Positions 14,382 to 24,600 of a stretch of DNA of 35,490 nt are shown in pieces. The notes under the pieces were generated by a model. That model worked only from the letters and a program-made list of their open reading frames with translations, had not been told where the DNA came from and searched no databases. Numbering within the stretch: position 1 is the stretch's first letter; each line of letters opens with the position of its first letter. A program made the position numbers and the translations under genes. Where the stretch lies: the IMG/VR virus record IMGVR_UViG_3300020045_008761, positions 1 through 35,490 of that record; one strand, 5' to 3'. Source of the DNA: a virus. Taxonomy: Duplodnaviria; Caudoviricetes.

Positions 14382-15159
14382 ATAGTTTAATTATAAGACT
14401 CTTTTGGGTGGCATTCAATATTTCTTCTGGGGATTTCTTTCTGATTGTCCAATACATGCCAAAATCGGGGTTAGTATTCGGGGCGAGTGTCTTTATAAAA
14501 GGTTCGTAAGTGTCCCTTAAAATAAGACAGTTGTCCTTTATACCTATTACAATACCAGTGACTAAATGGGTATCCCTAGTGTTTTCAGGCTTATAATACT
14601 TGCCGTCTTTTTCTAACCAAGCATAGACAGAAATTGGAACAGGGGAGCGTTTTAGAGCTTGTCTTATATTGTTATATTTTACTTCGATAGGGTCGTCTTT
14701 TTCAAATAGAATGTAGTATTTTTTGTCCCATTCTCTAGCCTCCTGTTGTCCTTTAACAATACAGGCTTCTTTGTCTACACCTTTCCAACTATGAAAATCA
14801 TCAAAATTAAACACCCCTTTCCAGTCCATCATTGATTGGGGGATAAGCCCATCTTTTTTGATAGAATACGCACCTTTGAGTGGATCACCCCCTGTTGGAG
14901 TACCATTAGATAGCAAAGCATTAAACCTAGCAGAGTAGTTTTCGTCTTTGATGCCGTAAATATACTCTTTTAAAATAGCAACAGTGGCTTGGTTGGCTTC
15001 CACATAACAGCTCGAAGGTTCTACGTTGTTTTGCGATTGCAATTCATCAGGAGGTAAAAAGGCTTGCCAGTTTCCACTTGGGTTGATGACATCACCAGCT
15101 ATGCCAGCGTATTTTCTATCTTCCTTCTTAATGTCAGGGTAAATAAAGCTGTTTATCAT
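14299..15159 (-). CDS. Papain-like (C1-type) cysteine peptidase
   Basis: ELQ...SSCYV, NYSARF, THLV, LRDTY motif order. Confidence 0.65.
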   Translation of the reverse strand: MINSFIYPDIKKEDRKYAGIAGDVINPSGNWQAFLPPDELQSQNNVEPSSCYVEANQATVAILKEYIYGIKDENYSARFNALLSNGTPTGGDPLKGAYSIKKDGLIPQSMMDWKGVFNFDDFHSWKGVDKEACIVKGQQEAREWDKKYYILFEKDDPIEVKYNNIRQALKRSPVPISVYAWLEKDGKYYKPENTRDTHLVTGIVIGIKDNCLILRDTYEPFIKTLAPNTNPDFGMYWTIRKKSPEEILNATQKSLIIKLYELLVHLIKKSANIAGEIINSTLQKRN

Positions 15160-15488
15160 GTTATCCAGTTAAATAATCCTGCTAATACTCCCAGAGGGGC
15201 CGCCCAAACAAGGAACTTCTTGATTAGTTGGGCGACTGTCAAGGTTTGAACTAAGGGTAAGGTTTTTTCCTTTAGGTCATCAATTTTGCCATCCATGAGT
15301 TCAAGTTTAACGTCTTGTTTTTCAAGGTGTTCTTTGATTTTGTCTATCTTACCATTAACAGTTACCACTACTTGTTCTTTCACCGCATCGGTTACCTTTT
15401 TGGTAATGTCTTGTACCAATCCACTTGTTTCAGACTTGCCAGCCTGATGTGCTTGGAATATGTATTCTTTTATCTTCTGCTCATTCAT
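15156..15488 (-). CDS. Coiled-coil protein with C-terminal TM helix (lysis-associated)
   Basis: NGKIDKIKEHL coiled coil and hydrophobic C-terminus. Confidence 0.7.
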   Translation of the reverse strand: MNEQKIKEYIFQAHQAGKSETSGLVQDITKKVTDAVKEQVVVTVNGKIDKIKEHLEKQDVKLELMDGKIDDLKEKTLPLVQTLTVAQLIKKFLVWAAPLGVLAGLFNWIT

Positions 15489-15496
15489 GTTATCTA

Positions 15497-15751
15497 TTAA
15501 ATTGATAATAATTTTCTATTTCTATCTGGTGATACCCCGCTTGCCGCAGTACAATTAGCCGTGCTATCAAACACCGGTGTTGGGTCGCCATTGGTGAAGT
15601 CGTAACGCACTGTTGCGGTGTCGGTACAGGTGCTAGTGGTATCTTCCATTACTGTCGGAGCACCTTGTGTGAAGTCAAACCTAGCATTGTTCGCCGCTAT
15701 AAGCGGAGAGGGTAGGCAGAGTATAGTTAAGATTATAAGTAGTTTTTTCAT
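15497..15751 (-). CDS. Small exported protein with internal duplication
   Basis: Signal peptide MKKLLIIL...LIAA; repeats RFDFTQGAPT...C and RYDFTNGDPT...C. Confidence 0.75.
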   Translation of the reverse strand: MKKLLIILTILCLPSPLIAANNARFDFTQGAPTVMEDTTSTCTDTATVRYDFTNGDPTPVFDSTANCTAASGVSPDRNRKLLSI

Positions 15752-15752
15752 T

Positions 15753-17360
15753 TTAGTTTACTACTGGTGTTGCATCCATGTAGAAGAAGTTAGTTTTTCC
15801 CGATTCGACTGGTTTGGCATACCAACCCCTTAGGTAGAGCACTCCTGCTTGTGTTGGCTGGCAGGTTACGGATATGGCTTGCCAATCAGTAGAGCCATTG
15901 AAGTCTACTGCAGATGTTGAAGTGGCTACGCCCAGGCTGGATTTTTTCAAATATCTATCAGCATCAGTTGGGTCTACTAAATACTCACATTCAATCCACA
16001 TTTCAGCTACCGTTGGATCAGCAGTGAAGTTTGAAGTTGATGTGGACATGAAATACATAGTATAAGTCTTTGAGGTTGTGTCTGCATAGATTGGAGATTC
16101 AAAGAGCCTTAAAGCCGAGTAAGGGAAGAATTTAGTAGATATTCCAGTGTTTCCAGTTCCCGAAGGTGGCATTATAAAATTATTTTTCAGTCCGCCACCA
16201 GTGCGTAAATTAGTGGTAGTGGAAACAGTGGTAGTGGCTGTTGTGTTAGAGGCTGCAATGGTAGAAATTATGCTGTTTAGTCCTGGTATACCGAAATCAT
16301 CCTCAAAGGAAACCTCTGTATATGAGGAGGTTGAAATAGTAACAGCACCTGTTCTTTTGAAGTTCTTAGCTTTAAATATTCCTCCTGGAGCAGTACCACC
16401 AGTTGTAAAATCAAGAGCGCAGTTTGCTGGTTCCACATCTTTAACATAGTTTGTAGTTCTTGATGAAACACTGGTAAAAATAGCGATCCCAGAGCTTGCA
16501 CAATCAACATACAAATCTTCAAATCTCCCACCAGTCGGGAAACCAGGAGTGCTCATATTTGAGACTCTTGATTTTTTAAGCAGGACACTTATATCACCAC
16601 CCCCAATCCATGAAGCAGTCACTCCATTAGTTGATAAAATCATATCTTCAAATTTCATAGACTTGTGTTGTGTAACAGCAATTACACCTCCTGTGTCAGT
16701 GCTTCTTAAATCCAAGCCTTTCAAATACCAGCCAGTGTCCACCACATAACTTAAATTGAAATCTCCAGCAGTATTATTCCACTTCGGAGCTGGTGGCATC
16801 CTTCTCAAAGATTGACCAGAGCCTGATTGGTTGCCTTTATAAGGTAGGTATAGGTTTATTTCCGTAGTGGTTAAAGACTGCACTTCGTAAGCAAATTCAC
16901 AGTTATTCTCAATAGTCGGTTGGTTCCAATATTCAATACAATCTCCATAAACATAAATCCAGTCTCCAGCCACTATACCAGTGGTTGAAGCGGATGAAGC
17001 CATAACCCTACTACCCTGGACAGGTGTGTAGGTTTGAGTAGAAGTGGAGTTGTCATCCCACAAATCCCAATTATCAGCCATTATGCTTATAGGATTAGTT
17101 ACTGTTCCGCTAGATGTGAAAGTGATGTCGGATGTGATGGTTGTGCTGGCTGTACCCCTTCTTACGATCAAAACATCACCAGCAGACCGAGCCGCTTCAG
17201 TGAATTTATCTATTGTCTCCCAAGAGGTAGTGGTAGCAGTACCAGCCGCCGCATCAGAGCCACCACCACCTGGATTTAAGTTAGTATAGAAAATTGCTGC
17301 CTCGACTTTTGGAGTGAAGCCTAGTAACAAAAATATAGCTATGAGTGCGAGTTTTTTCAT
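15753..17360 (-). CDS. Exported Thr/Ser-rich beta-structured protein (tailspike/adhesin-like)
   Basis: Signal peptide ending VEA; 'W.TI......AGD.LIVR.GT' resembles the start of beta-helix proteins. Confidence 0.75.
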   Translation of the reverse strand: MKKLALIAIFLLLGFTPKVEAAIFYTNLNPGGGGSDAAAGTATTTSWETIDKFTEAARSAGDVLIVRRGTASTTITSDITFTSSGTVTNPISIMADNWDLWDDNSTSTQTYTPVQGSRVMASSASTTGIVAGDWIYVYGDCIEYWNQPTIENNCEFAYEVQSLTTTEINLYLPYKGNQSGSGQSLRRMPPAPKWNNTAGDFNLSYVVDTGWYLKGLDLRSTDTGGVIAVTQHKSMKFEDMILSTNGVTASWIGGGDISVLLKKSRVSNMSTPGFPTGGRFEDLYVDCASSGIAIFTSVSSRTTNYVKDVEPANCALDFTTGGTAPGGIFKAKNFKRTGAVTISTSSYTEVSFEDDFGIPGLNSIISTIAASNTTATTTVSTTTNLRTGGGLKNNFIMPPSGTGNTGISTKFFPYSALRLFESPIYADTTSKTYTMYFMSTSTSNFTADPTVAEMWIECEYLVDPTDADRYLKKSSLGVATSTSAVDFNGSTDWQAISVTCQPTQAGVLYLRGWYAKPVESGKTNFFYMDATPVVN

Positions 17361-17872
17361 TTTTTTAGTTTGTTAAGCTCCTCTCTTTCTTTTTCAGTTG
17401 AAGGCTGGATTTTTAATATATCGGCTGTTCTATCGACTTTGTTAAACATTTTGCTACGCAATTCAATTTCTTTGTCTATTCTTTCAATAGATTGCATTGT
17501 TTTTTCTCGTGCCCATTTTATTTGAGCAATCTTGTCATTGACCTCTTTGGTAAGTTCTGGCTCTACTATTCCCTGTTCCATGAGTTCCCAACGGATAGCA
17601 TCGGGGTATAGAGTGGCTTTATCATAGAGTTTATTTATTGCTGGCAGTCTTTCTTCTTGGTCTTTTTTCATTTCCTGTAATTGGTAGTCAAACCTTATAT
17701 GTAGCTGTTCTTTTTTGACATCTTCCGCCCATTCTTCGTCAGTGGTGGGTTTTTGCCAGACTATTACTTGTGGGTCTACCAAAGTTATTTTTTCTTCTTC
17801 TAAAGATACGATAGCACCAGTGGCTACGCCCGCTAGTACCAAAGTTCCTGCTATGAGTGTGGTTTTATTCAT
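17357..17872 (-). CDS. Membrane-anchored helical protein
   Basis: Hydrophobic N-terminus, charged coiled-coil body. Confidence 0.75.
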   Translation of the reverse strand: MNKTTLIAGTLVLAGVATGAIVSLEEEKITLVDPQVIVWQKPTTDEEWAEDVKKEQLHIRFDYQLQEMKKDQEERLPAINKLYDKATLYPDAIRWELMEQGIVEPELTKEVNDKIAQIKWAREKTMQSIERIDKEIELRSKMFNKVDRTADILKIQPSTEKEREELNKLKK

Positions 17873-17875
17873 AAT

Positions 17876-19609
17876 TTATATGCTAAATGTTCCTAACACA
17901 GTAAAGTTGGCGTCATCGGGATTACCGCTACCAGACCCACAAGCCACAGTTACTTCTCCTGCCAGGGTTACAGAGTCAGAAGTCTGTCCTGCGGTGGTTG
18001 TGAGCACTCTAGTTGAAGATGCGGTGCCGTTACCTATTTCACAAAGAAGTGATGTACCTGTTCTGATTGAGCCACCTATTGCGGTGAAGCTAACAGCTCT
18101 TGGTAGGTAGATTTTAAGTGTAGAAGTAGCACCAGAGGCATAGATTTGACTGTTGAAGTTTGGAGTAGTAGAAGCCCAGTTGCTAAACATTCGTTCATAG
18201 AAGACAGGAGATGTAGTGGCAACGGCAGTACCAGAGGAGTTGAAGTATGGGAACGAGTTAGCAAGAGACGGCATACTTAGAGTTCCAACATTGGCAAAGG
18301 TTGAAGATGCAGTGAGGAAGGAGGAGTATGCCGTTGAAGATGAGTAGTTGAATGTCTGATTGACTGTCCAAGTGTTGGCGTTGCCTAAGTTAAGTCCAAT
18401 GGTTCTAGCGGTAGCTCCTGTGTAAGTACCTGAGAAGGTAAGAGTTGAGTCTGTTGCAGTGAGGTTAGCTAGGGAAACATCAGCCGAGCCGACAGTAGCA
18501 CAAGTCGCTACACCAAGAGCGGAGAGACTTCTAACAAATTGATTAGTACAAGAAGTCCCAGCGTATTCCGCTAGCTCACCTCCTGCTCCTGTAAGAGTTA
18601 GAGCTGAGGTTAGAGCTGGGATTGTGAGTGTACCTGCGGCTGGTAGTGAGACATTACCGGCTGTATCAATCGTAGTCGAAGCCGTACCACCTACCTTTAG
18701 CCAGTTACTAGAAAACAAAGTTGATGAGGCACTACCAAAGAAGTCTTGCTTCGCTGTCCAAGTATTAGCGTTGCCTACATTTAGTCCCACTGTTCTTGCT
18801 GTGCCTCCGTTATATGCACCTGAAAATGTAAGGGAGGCATTTGTTGCTGTTAGGTCGGCAAGATTGTTTCCGTTTGTAATACCACTGATTGAAACGGCGG
18901 CACAAGTTTCTACTGCACCAGAAGCGTCTACACCTAGAGGGAATGAACCAGCCGAACAGTTAGCACCATTGGCGGCTAAAGCAGTTGCTGTACCAGCGAG
19001 GGTTACCGTTATACTATCTGGAACCTGGGCATCTGTTACGGCACCTCCTAAGTCTTGAAGTAGTATTGATGAGGAGGCGAGAGAGTTTAGTTGGCCACCA
19101 GAGCCTATGTAAGCAAAACCATTGGAAAGTCCTGTAAATAGAGTGCCTAAGTTGGCTATTGTGGATGAGGCATAACTTGTTGAAAGGTTGGTTGTCGAGG
19201 CGTTTACTACAGTCAATCTATCCCCTGCTGCCGAATAGGTCATGCCAGAGTCGTTACCTATAGAAGCCACACCTGTTGAGTAGACCACGTTTGTATTTAC
19301 TAGAGCAGTAGAGGTACTTATTACACCTTCTGCACCACCACCACCAGCAGGCCATGCAGTCTCACAAGTATCGCCTGTAAAACAGATCTCATCTATCCAA
19401 AACTGTCTATATGCTTTTGTAGAAGTACCTATGTCCCAGAGAGAGTCGTCAAGAGGAACAAGGGTTGGGGTATAGTTTACTGTTCCAGCCGCAGGACCAC
19501 CAACAGATAGTTCAGGACTAGATTTCTGAAACCAAGTAAGCGGATTGTACCAGACTGCCGAAGCGGTTAGAGGGAGTATTACTAGAGCTAAAATTAAAAG
19601 TTTTTTCAT
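17876..19609 (-). CDS. Fibre-like repetitive protein with signal peptide
   Basis: MKKLLILALVILPLTASA; ASST/ASTT motifs; duplicated ~36-aa unit LTAT..LTFSG.Y.G.TART.GLN.GNANTWT. Confidence 0.8.
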   Translation of the reverse strand: MKKLLILALVILPLTASAVWYNPLTWFQKSSPELSVGGPAAGTVNYTPTLVPLDDSLWDIGTSTKAYRQFWIDEICFTGDTCETAWPAGGGGAEGVISTSTALVNTNVVYSTGVASIGNDSGMTYSAAGDRLTVVNASTTNLSTSYASSTIANLGTLFTGLSNGFAYIGSGGQLNSLASSSILLQDLGGAVTDAQVPDSITVTLAGTATALAANGANCSAGSFPLGVDASGAVETCAAVSISGITNGNNLADLTATNASLTFSGAYNGGTARTVGLNVGNANTWTAKQDFFGSASSTLFSSNWLKVGGTASTTIDTAGNVSLPAAGTLTIPALTSALTLTGAGGELAEYAGTSCTNQFVRSLSALGVATCATVGSADVSLANLTATDSTLTFSGTYTGATARTIGLNLGNANTWTVNQTFNYSSSTAYSSFLTASSTFANVGTLSMPSLANSFPYFNSSGTAVATTSPVFYERMFSNWASTTPNFNSQIYASGATSTLKIYLPRAVSFTAIGGSIRTGTSLLCEIGNGTASSTRVLTTTAGQTSDSVTLAGEVTVACGSGSGNPDDANFTVLGTFSI

Positions 19610-19613
19610 GTGG

Positions 19614-20456
19614 TTATGCTTCGACATATTCTATTAAAATGACTTGTCCTGCTGCTAATTGGGTGGCCGCATCTATCGTGCTTGTAAATGTGATTGTGGT
19701 TACAGTTGAAGTGTAGTCAGTAGTTGGGACAAAGGCACTGTAAGGGTGAGAGTACGAATGGATAGCAAGTATTCGTGAGTTACGAGGTATTGTGAAGGTC
19801 TTTAATATCCCATTTAATTGAGAAGAAATATCATAAACTTTGACTGTCGAACCCCCTCCGCCTCCACCACCGCCTTTTCTTCCAATTTGATTAGCCAATA
19901 TCCTAAATTGCTCCTCTAAACCACTTATATGTTTGGTGGTCAGTGCGATTTTTCCTTCATTTAACAAAGCTAAAAATTCTTCAGCTAAATCTTCATCTTC
20001 TCCATCTTTTTCAACAACAATAGGTTTTATTTTAGAAGCCGCCTTTTCAGCGATTAAATCGTAGTCAACTTTAGGTATGAGCGATCTGACGATTTTGGTT
20101 ACATCTTCTTTAGAGAGAGTTTGGAGTGTTTGTTGAGGAGGGATTAGGGGTTTGATTAAAGCGATAAGTTCTTGCTCGGTTGGTGTTTTACCGTCCTCTC
20201 CTTTTAGGTATTCAGGTACTACCAATTTTGAGTAAACTGCCTCCACCATTTCCTCGATTTCTTCTTCAGTGAAATAGTCAACTCCTTTTACTGGTGTTAT
20301 TGCATCTTCACCTTTTGGCCCCACCTTCTCATCAATCAGTTTGTTATATTCATCTACCTTTTTTACAAACTCATTGTGAATACGAACCAAATCAGCCATC
20401 ATTTTTAGGGATAGCATTTCCTTAGTCATTTGCATTTTTAGTGGTGATTTATTCAT
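19614..20456 (-). CDS. Tail-associated protein with short collagen-like repeats
   Basis: GPKGEDAITPVKGVDYFT, GEDGKTP, poly-Gly hinge. Confidence 0.7.
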   Translation of the reverse strand: MNKSPLKMQMTKEMLSLKMMADLVRIHNEFVKKVDEYNKLIDEKVGPKGEDAITPVKGVDYFTEEEIEEMVEAVYSKLVVPEYLKGEDGKTPTEQELIALIKPLIPPQQTLQTLSKEDVTKIVRSLIPKVDYDLIAEKAASKIKPIVVEKDGEDEDLAEEFLALLNEGKIALTTKHISGLEEQFRILANQIGRKGGGGGGGGSTVKVYDISSQLNGILKTFTIPRNSRILAIHSYSHPYSAFVPTTDYTSTVTTITFTSTIDAATQLAAGQVILIEYVEA

Positions 20457-20748
20457 TTTCTTTATCTATACCTAATAATCCAGCTACTCCAAAAGCCTCA
20501 ACAGGCATCTTCGCCATTTCTTTATTGATTGGTACTTCTATCCAACTTACCCCCTTATCGTCTACGATTCTTTTACCACCAAACTTATTGAGGTATTTCT
20601 GTACTTCTTTCTCGTAGAACTTGTAGATAGGGTTGTTGGTGTCTACTTTACCTGAGATGTCGAAGGATTCGGCTAGGTTAGAATTAGCTAGATTTTCTTT
20701 AAAGTATTTGCCGAGGGTTTCGGCGTGTTGTGAGCAGATGTTAGACAT
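20449..20748 (-). CDS. Probable C-terminal fragment of the large virion protein
   Basis: Same frame as 21604-24924, separated from it by an antisense cassette; protein-like ESFDISGKVDTNNPIYKFYEKEV. Confidence 0.65.
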   Translation of the reverse strand: MSNICSQHAETLGKYFKENLANSNLAESFDISGKVDTNNPIYKFYEKEVQKYLNKFGGKRIVDDKGVSWIEVPINKEMAKMPVEAFGVAGLLGIDKENE

Positions 20749-20792
20749 AATGTTGTAGGTTAATTATATAATAGTTATCCCCACAATCTTGC

Positions 20793-20821
20793 TTGACCTT
20801 ACTCATCAATCTTGCTAAGAT
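20793..20821 (+). promoter_or_regulatory. Promoter TTGACC-17-TAAGAT (extended TG), probably giving a leaderless mRNA
   Basis: ATG 6 nt after the -10; direct repeat CAATCTTGCT at 20784 and 20807; DnaA-box-like site at 20775-20783. Confidence 0.75.
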
Positions 20822-20827
20822 ACTTGT

Positions 20828-21328
20828 ATGCCAAGAATAAAAGATATTAAAGGTAAAAAATTCGGTAAACTTTTTGTAGTAAGATTCGAGGGTACTTCCT
20901 ACCCAAATGCCCTGTGGTATTGCAAATGTGATTGTGGAAATTATTGTGCAGTGGTCGGGTATAACCTTAGAAGTGGTCACACTACTTCCTGTGGTTGTGC
21001 TAGAGTTTCGGCTCTTAAAAAGACTGCGACTAAACACGGAATGTTTGGAACTAGATTTTATAACATTTATAGACAGATTATCCGCAGATGCACTGAACCA
21101 AAACATAAAGCGTTTAAGAACTATGGAGGTAAAGGCGTAAAGAACTTGTGGCAATCGTTTGATGAGTTTAAGAGAGACATGTACCGTTCCTACAACTCCC
21201 ATGTAAAGAAGTTTGGAGAAAGTAACACCACGATTGATAGAATTAGTAGTGAGGGACATTATTCCAAAGAGAATTGCAGATGGGCGACTTGGAAGATTCA
21301 AGCCAATAACAAGAGAATTATTAAATAA
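20828..21328 (+). CDS. HNH-family homing endonuclease (phage type)
   Basis: GKKFGKL...WYCKCDCG...SCGC...HG...RC...YGGKG...TIDRI...YSKENCRWAT..QANN. Confidence 0.92.
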   Translation: MPRIKDIKGKKFGKLFVVRFEGTSYPNALWYCKCDCGNYCAVVGYNLRSGHTTSCGCARVSALKKTATKHGMFGTRFYNIYRQIIRRCTEPKHKAFKNYGGKGVKNLWQSFDEFKRDMYRSYNSHVKKFGESNTTIDRISSEGHYSKENCRWATWKIQANNKRIIK

Positions 21329-21338
21329 CTTATTATAT

Positions 21339-21623
21339 ATGACAAAACCAAAAATAGACTTAATTTTTAACGGAACTGAATTTAACACGGATTTTCTCCA
21401 TAATGGGAATGGTGAATGCCCGTACTGTTTTCTTAACTTTATGCACCAGCATTGTACTGGATATAAACTCAAAGAATTTATAAAGATAAACTTACCAAAA
21501 GAAGAAACTTGGGAGGAACGGTTTGACAAAGAATTTCCCTTTGGAAGTTTTGCTGGTTCGTGCACCAAAGCAAGTGAAGTGAAAGACTTTATTTGTAGAG
21601 AATTTATAGACATAAAATTATAA
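21339..21623 (+). CDS. Hypothetical phage protein
   Basis: ATG 10 nt after the HNH stop; CPYC and WEERFDKEF motifs. Confidence 0.65.
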   Translation: MTKPKIDLIFNGTEFNTDFLHNGNGECPYCFLNFMHQHCTGYKLKEFIKINLPKEETWEERFDKEFPFGSFAGSCTKASEVKDFICREFIDIKL

Positions 21624-24600
21624 AATCGTTAATTTCCTTCTCTGATATATTAGGAAACGACTTTTTAAGGTCTGAGACAACAGCATCTTTTGGAAGTGCT
21701 TTGAATTTACCTTCTCCTAATTTATTTGAAACAATCCAGTCTGTATTCCCATCATTTACGATTTCACCCATACGGAGATGCTTGTCTTCGAGTTTCTGAA
21801 TACCCATACCTATAGATGCCTTCTTACTGCCACGATTCCACATTTCAGTATCTACCAGACCTTCTATGCGTAATGCTGTCTCTCCTGTAGGGAACTGGAT
21901 TTTAGTTTTACCGTCTTGTGCGGCTTTCTTGAGTTCCTCCCGTACCATACGGAAGTGAGCTGTGGGGTCGTTGTATTGGCGAAGTGCATCTATCTCTTTT
22001 TCTCTTTTAAGGGCACGTTTTCCGTAAGTTTCTCCTGATTCTCCCTCCGTCATGCCCTTAAAGTTGCCTAGTTCATCATCCAACCTCCCCTTCTGATACA
22101 AATCACTCTGTACTTCTATTACTCTACGAGTTTTATTGTCTGCCATGTCTTCTATACGGGTGTGACCGAAGTAGTTAGGTACATCTGAATTAGCTCCTCC
22201 GCCAGCAAAGTGAACATCCCCTGCCGATGTCTTTATTGGAGACTGGTATATATTTTCTTTGTAGTTTTTCACCTTGCCTCGTATCTCATCAGGCAATGCA
22301 ATGTTTTCATATTTTGGAGCACGCCCTGAAAGATAACCAGCATTTTTATTGGTTTCCATCACCTCCAACGGCAACAATTCACTCTTTACTTTATCAGCAA
22401 ATTCTTTGACGTTTATTTGTCCATCAGGCATTGTATCTAACACCGCACGAGTTATATCTCTTTCACTTTGTTTCAATTCACCTCTGTTTGTAGCGTCAAG
22501 AATATACTGTTTTGAGACAGTGGATTTACCTTCTAAGTCTTTGAGGATTTTAGTAGTGAGGTCTTTTTCACCTTTGTAGGCGTTCTTTGATACATCTTCT
22601 ATAGACATACCGAGTTTGGGGTTTTTAACATAATCAATCAAAATTTGAGCCATTTCTTTACCTTCTTTTAGACCTTGACTTATGTATGTCATAGGTGGTA
22701 TAGTATCGTCAATGTTAGCATTAGCTATTGGTTTTATATTGTTAGACATTGTTTTGTTGCTACTTTGGGGCAAAACCATGTCATTTCCTTGGGAGAAGTA
22801 AGTGGGATTACTTACTTTTTCCAATTCATCTGTTGAGAGTAAATTAGCATCTGAAGTTTTTGATGTACCTATTTCATTGTAATTTGTGGTTGGTAGTGGA
22901 GTTCTTGCGAAGTCATTTGATCCTTTGTATCTGTTTAATGTTCTCTCGGAAACCTTATCAAAGGGAAAGTTTATTTTATTTTCTTCTGCCAGTGAAATTG
23001 CTGATCGTAAAGCAGTTGTTGATTTTCCATCCATACCTATTAAATCCTGCTTATTAGCATAATCAATTTTATCCTCAATCTGTTTTAAAATGCCAGTTTT
23101 ATCTTTTACTGTTTCAGTCTTTATACTCTCATCTAATAATTTTTGGCCTGTATTTATCTCATCTAAAAGTCCTCTGGTTCTTTCATCCAGTGCTTTAATA
23201 GCATTTTTAACAACATCAGGGGCTTGCTCTTTTAGATTGTTTATTAAAATCCTTTTAATCGGGTTTGAAATAAACTGACTCTGTACTATATCTGTTAATT
23301 GACTAGCAATAGCTCTACCTCCCATCGCACCCAAGAATGGATGCCCTATAGATTGACCTGCGGCAAAACCAACTATATCGCCACCAACTTTAGCAAAGTG
23401 TTTAGACATCATGCCTCCTTTTGGGGTAAGACCTCTCCATGAGTTCAATAGGTCAATCGCATCGTAGTGAGATTGGATAAATTTATTTAATTCTCTGGTA
23501 GTAGCCGAATCGTCAAACAATTCTATAAGCTCCCTAGCACCTTTGCCTAGGATAGCATGAGCATCGTAGTCAAATTTTGGGGCTTTATTCTTATATGATT
23601 TGGAAAGACCAGTTTGTTCAGTTTTTATCCTATCCCACTCGGACAATTCAAGACCACTTTTATTTTTTACAGATTTGGCGTAAGCTCGCTCATTTTCATC
23701 AATTAAATTTTTGACATCATTTCTGATATTCGCTTTTTTTGTATCACTCCAAGATGGTTGAGCTTCAATCAGATCGTCAACATATTTTCGATAATCTTCA
23801 AAACCAATTCTGGTGTCATTTAAAAATAAATTATCGTTTTTAAGCTGGCTTAACTGACCAATTTTACTATCCAAGAAGTCCACAGCTTCTTTTGGGTTTA
23901 ATTTACCTCCCTCGGCCATTTCAGGAATTGTCTTTTTACCATACATTTCAAACACAGAGATTGGATCAGTACCATGTTTAGCTTCAGCTCTCTCCAAGAG
24001 AACTGACGAACGAGTGTATCTTTTAGCAGTTTCTCTAAAAACTTCCCCCAATTCTCGCCTGGTAGTTTCAGAAGAAAACCTATTAGCCACACTCGCTTTC
24101 GCCCCCATCAAAACTGGTAGTCCAGCACCGATATATTTTCCATAGCCATCAGTGAGTATTTTAAACCCCCTTTTATCGTCTTGGAGATTTTGGGTTACAT
24201 CAAATGCTTCACCGATACCAGCACCTAAAGCTACTTCGGAAGCTCCTCTAAGGGTAAAAAGACCTGATGGCTTTTTTAGTATATTAGCGGTTGCAGATAC
24301 TAAGCCAGGTGTTTGACCACCTAAAGTAAATGATTTTGTTCCAACAGTAGCCTTGCCGTAAGTTCCTGCGGTGAGTAGGTTAAGAGCAGTCATGCCTAAT
24401 TCACCAACTACTTTCTTTGTTGATTTTTGTGATCCTTCGATAGATTCATCAAAAGTTCCTTTTAAATTTCCCAAAGCGTCTAAGTTCTGGTTATAGATTT
24501 TCTTTAGTTTAGTGGTGTCCATTCCTTTCTTTTCGTTCGCTCGAATATTGCGGAGTAATTCTATTTGAGTATTTGTTAGTCTGTCTACTGTCTTTGAGTA

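Larger units (their letters stand above)
20742..21615 (+). mobile_element. Antisense two-gene HNH cassette bounded by the 9-bp direct repeat TAGACATAA
   Basis: Repeats at 20742-20750 and 21607-21615; holds the only convincing + strand genes in the window. Confidence 0.65.

Noticed and set aside
20742-21615. Simple transposon with target duplication, or T4 gene 60-type ribosomal hop
   Set aside because: No transposase or terminal inverted repeats; joining at the 9-bp repeat lands out of frame; about 865 nt is far longer than known hops
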